Positions 32,046 to 34,596 of a stretch of DNA of 34,596 nucleotides are shown in pieces; position 1 is the stretch's first letter, and each line of letters opens with the position of its first letter. The stretch comes from Atractiella rhizophila (taxonomy: Eukaryota), in NCBI GenBank assembly GCA_021432655.1, contig MU271656.1:1-34596 (forward strand). Direction: 5' to 3'. The position numbers were made by a program, and so were the translations under genes. The notes beneath the pieces are model-generated. The model had not been told where the DNA came from and ran no database searches. It saw only the letters and a program-made list of their open reading frames with translations.

Positions 32046-33520
32046 CTACCTTTCCATCCCCTATGTCCGACAGACTTCGAACATATCTCGACCCGACACT
32101 GTTCCCCCATTTGCTCCAACAACTCTCCTGAAACAGCTGGTGAGCAAATAGACTTCATGTTGAGAAAGTTAGTCCAGCTGGGTACGCTGGCTCCCTTGTG
32201 TCTAAGGACTTTGACAGAATAAACATGAGAGGAGAAGAAACTTTGTTCCATGGCAATATTCCAAGGTTATTTCACTACCCAAAAATCAAATATCACCTTG
32301 AGATAAGGAAAGGGGAAAGAGCTTCAGCCATCTTGGTGAACATGTAGGAGCGCCAATTGTTCGGTTCATGCCAGCGGAAGCGGAAGGTGAGGTTGCATTC
32401 ATGGTAGTGGGGAAAGAGGAAAGGGAGGTTGTCACCTCGTTGGTGGACGAGGAAACAGCATGTTGCGAGCTCGATCTCCACCAGTGCGTGATGAAGGGAG
32501 ATTTAGAATAGCTGCTCGAAGGTGGAGGAGTCCATGGGGTCTCGTTCATCGCCAAACGAGTCAAACTCCGTCAATGTGGAGGCGGAGAGGGCAGAAAGAT
32601 TCCGTGCGTAGAATTATAACCGACGAAGTTGGTGTAGGGGGGGTAGGCACTCTATGTCCCTCCGACCGTTCATGTCCCCATCTGGGCCAAAGAGCCATTC
32701 TAATCGGAGCCGCTCCAATAGCGGCAGTAGAGGAATCTGGATTTCTCCATCGTTCCGATAGTCATCTTGCCTTGATCGTAGAACATATTTTCTCGGGGAG
32801 CGTGGCAACCGAGTCTCGAGTTTCTCTTTCTTCGATGTAGAATTTTTCTACAGGACGCTTGCTAAACAGCCAGAACGAGACCAGACGGAGACAGTCCGTA
32901 CTGCCTAATGCGAGCTGTTTCATACCCTCAAAGACCCCGCTTTGAGGGTATGGATTACAGGGTTGAATCAGATGGGAAGTCTTCAATCTTCCTGCTAAAG
33001 TTTAAGTCTACCAATGCCTTTGTCGCTTGGATGTCGCAAAGCCTTCTCCGCCAGCTCCAACAGTTGTGAATCCACAGACAGCTCAGATTTGGGAGTGGCC
33101 GGAGCACGATGGCAAGTCGATTGCCACGGAGGAGATCATTGTCCACGAGAATTAAGGAAAGGCCTGGAGATTGGTCATCCAACTGAGGAAAGGCCGGCTC
33201 AAGATGCACCGAATGTGTAGTGGGTGGAGGAGACGACGCCGAGACAGAGTTTCGGGTCGGGTTAAAGATACCGTAAAATGTGTTCCGCTTTCTATTCAGT
33301 CTGTCACTGTCACCGTCTTCTGATTGCCAGTGCCTCCAAGGTGCCTCCATCCAAACACGAGAATCTAAATCGAACGTGGAGAGGGATAGTGGACCGCAGA
33401 AGGTTTACGAAAAGACAGCTATAGAGCGTTTCAAGCGCAGATTGCCCAGAAAGGGGGTTCACCCAGAGCAAGCAGAATTGCCTTCAGGATATCAAGGGGA
33501 ACCCGAGATTCGAAATCCAT
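32046..33520 (-). pseudogene. Frameshifted F-box-like copy C
   Basis: MDFESRVPLDILKAIL reaches a stop at about codon 30. Homologous fragments lie in different frames (LRPLPNLSCLWIHNCWSW, LERLRL, LPPLHQLRRL, FFSSHVYSVKVLR). Confidence 0.85.
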
Positions 33521-34223
33521 CGTCGAGTTGAGATATCTAACGTACTAGAACACTGTGGAGGAGTATTATCACTCGCTGAGTCAAAGCAGGAAGACGCACG
33601 CACTAAGGAAGATAATGCGAAATTGGGTGGAAGTGATGCCGGGGTAATAAAGGTAAGTAAGAGATGAATCGACGAAGATGAAATCTCGATGAAAGGTGTT
33701 TTTATTGCGATTTGCGGGATGTAAACACGGACGCGGATAGCGGGACGAACAAACGAGGACAGACGAGATGGTCTCGTGAAATGGAAGGGTGCTGAGAGGA
33801 GCATTGGAGGAACTATGCTGAGCTGGCTAAGCCCCTGTAGGCGTCTCAAGAAAATGTACCAGCCAGCGAACTGCGGCGACTGGGCAAGATTCGAGATATT
33901 CAGGGTATGAATCAAGCAGTATATTTCGACATCGAATATGCGACCATACTGTTGTATGGAATGAGTGAGCAAGCCGCAAATAGAATGTAAAGGAAGAATG
34001 GCAATGGTAAACGACATCAGCCGAGGTGGACAAGATGTCGATACGACGGGTTGAAAGTAAAAACATGCGTCGTGTATGCGTAACTGGTGCAGAAGCGTGT
34101 CACCATATTGCTTGTCTGAGAAGTGATACTGATTGCAATGCCACATCAATGAGGTAGCACCTCCGTCTCGATCCATCCAATAAAGAAAAAACAAAAACCC
34201 ACATAATCTCGAACCTCACGCTC

Positions 34224-34596
34224 TTAAGCTCTCCTCCGCTGTTCCCTCTCCTTCTCCTTTTCCTCCTCCACAAACTCCTTAAAGTCGTCCACCCTCCTCG
34301 CGCGCTCTATCTCCTTCCTCATCCACAACAACTCCTCTATCCGATCCAGCTTCTTCTTGTCGTGTCGGTATACCCGCTTTATGTCTTCCACGCGTAGACG
34401 CTTTGGAGTAGGTGACGTCAGTTTGGCTGCTTCCAGCTTTGGAGATGGTGAACGCGTTTGTTTTAGTCAGGACGAGGGAAAGATAAACTCACAACGTTCA
34501 AGAGGTGCGTTACCACCAAATCCTCCATCAAAAGCACGCTATCATGTGCCGGTTTCTCATCGTCTCCAAACCCATACATCATAGAATACACTACAC
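34224..34596 (-). CDS. TAF13: TFIID subunit TAF13 (TFIID-18 kDa histone-fold family), 3' part; start lies beyond the window
   Basis: Manual translation: YSMMYGFGDDEKPAHDSVLLMEDLVVTHLLNV | intron 34437-34492 | LEAAKLTSPTPKRLRVEDIKRVYRHDKKKLDRIEELLWMRKEIERARRVDDF...RRA*. Matches the TAF13 signature MMYGFGD...EDLV...VED...RAR. Absent from the ORF track. Confidence 0.85.

Larger units (their letters stand above)
28147..33600 (-). repeat. Tandem triplication of a ~1.95 kb unit carrying the F-box-like gene
   Basis: Start codons at 29610, 31576 and 33520 (spacings 1966 and 1944). Intergenic spacers 29610-30090 and 31576-32040 are visibly homologous. Confidence 0.85.

Noticed and set aside
33484..34194. 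236-aa minus-strand ORF between TAF13 and F-box copy C
   Set aside because: Non-ATG ORF start just after the TAF13 stop and no recognisable motif; probably 3'UTR/intergenic, though a small gene cannot be excluded without a search.
1..34596. CRISPR arrays, rRNA/tRNA genes, prokaryotic operons or defence systems
   Set aside because: The sequence is spliceosomal-intron-rich fungal DNA; I saw no regularly spaced repeats or RNA-gene signatures.

Overview
Eukaryotic, intron-rich fungal DNA, most consistent with a basidiomycete: short (mostly 45-60 nt) GT-AG introns, plus DUF6533, FunK1 kinase and fungal F-box-like families. I found no rRNA, tRNA, CRISPR array or recognisable transposon. Housekeeping genes are a FUSC/ArAE-type membrane transporter, VPS5, CWC23 and the 3' part of TAF13 (missed by the ORF track). 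They are interleaved with fast-evolving families: two DUF6533 membrane-protein paralogs, a FunK1 kinase, an APH-like kinase and a single-exon F-box/LRR-like family (two intact and three decayed copies). Three duplication layers are visible. (1) A ~3.8 kb head-to-tail duplication (6446-10207 / 10209-14025) whose transporter half is near-identical but whose kinase half is clearly diverged. (2) An old inverted duplication of an [F-box remnant -> DUF6533] cassette (about 490-3590 vs 23500-25870), with a ~0.3 kb micro-inversion bounded by short inverted repeats. (3) A ~1.95 kb-period tandem F-box array. All alignments and counts were done by eye. Family calls rest on recognised motifs, not database searches.
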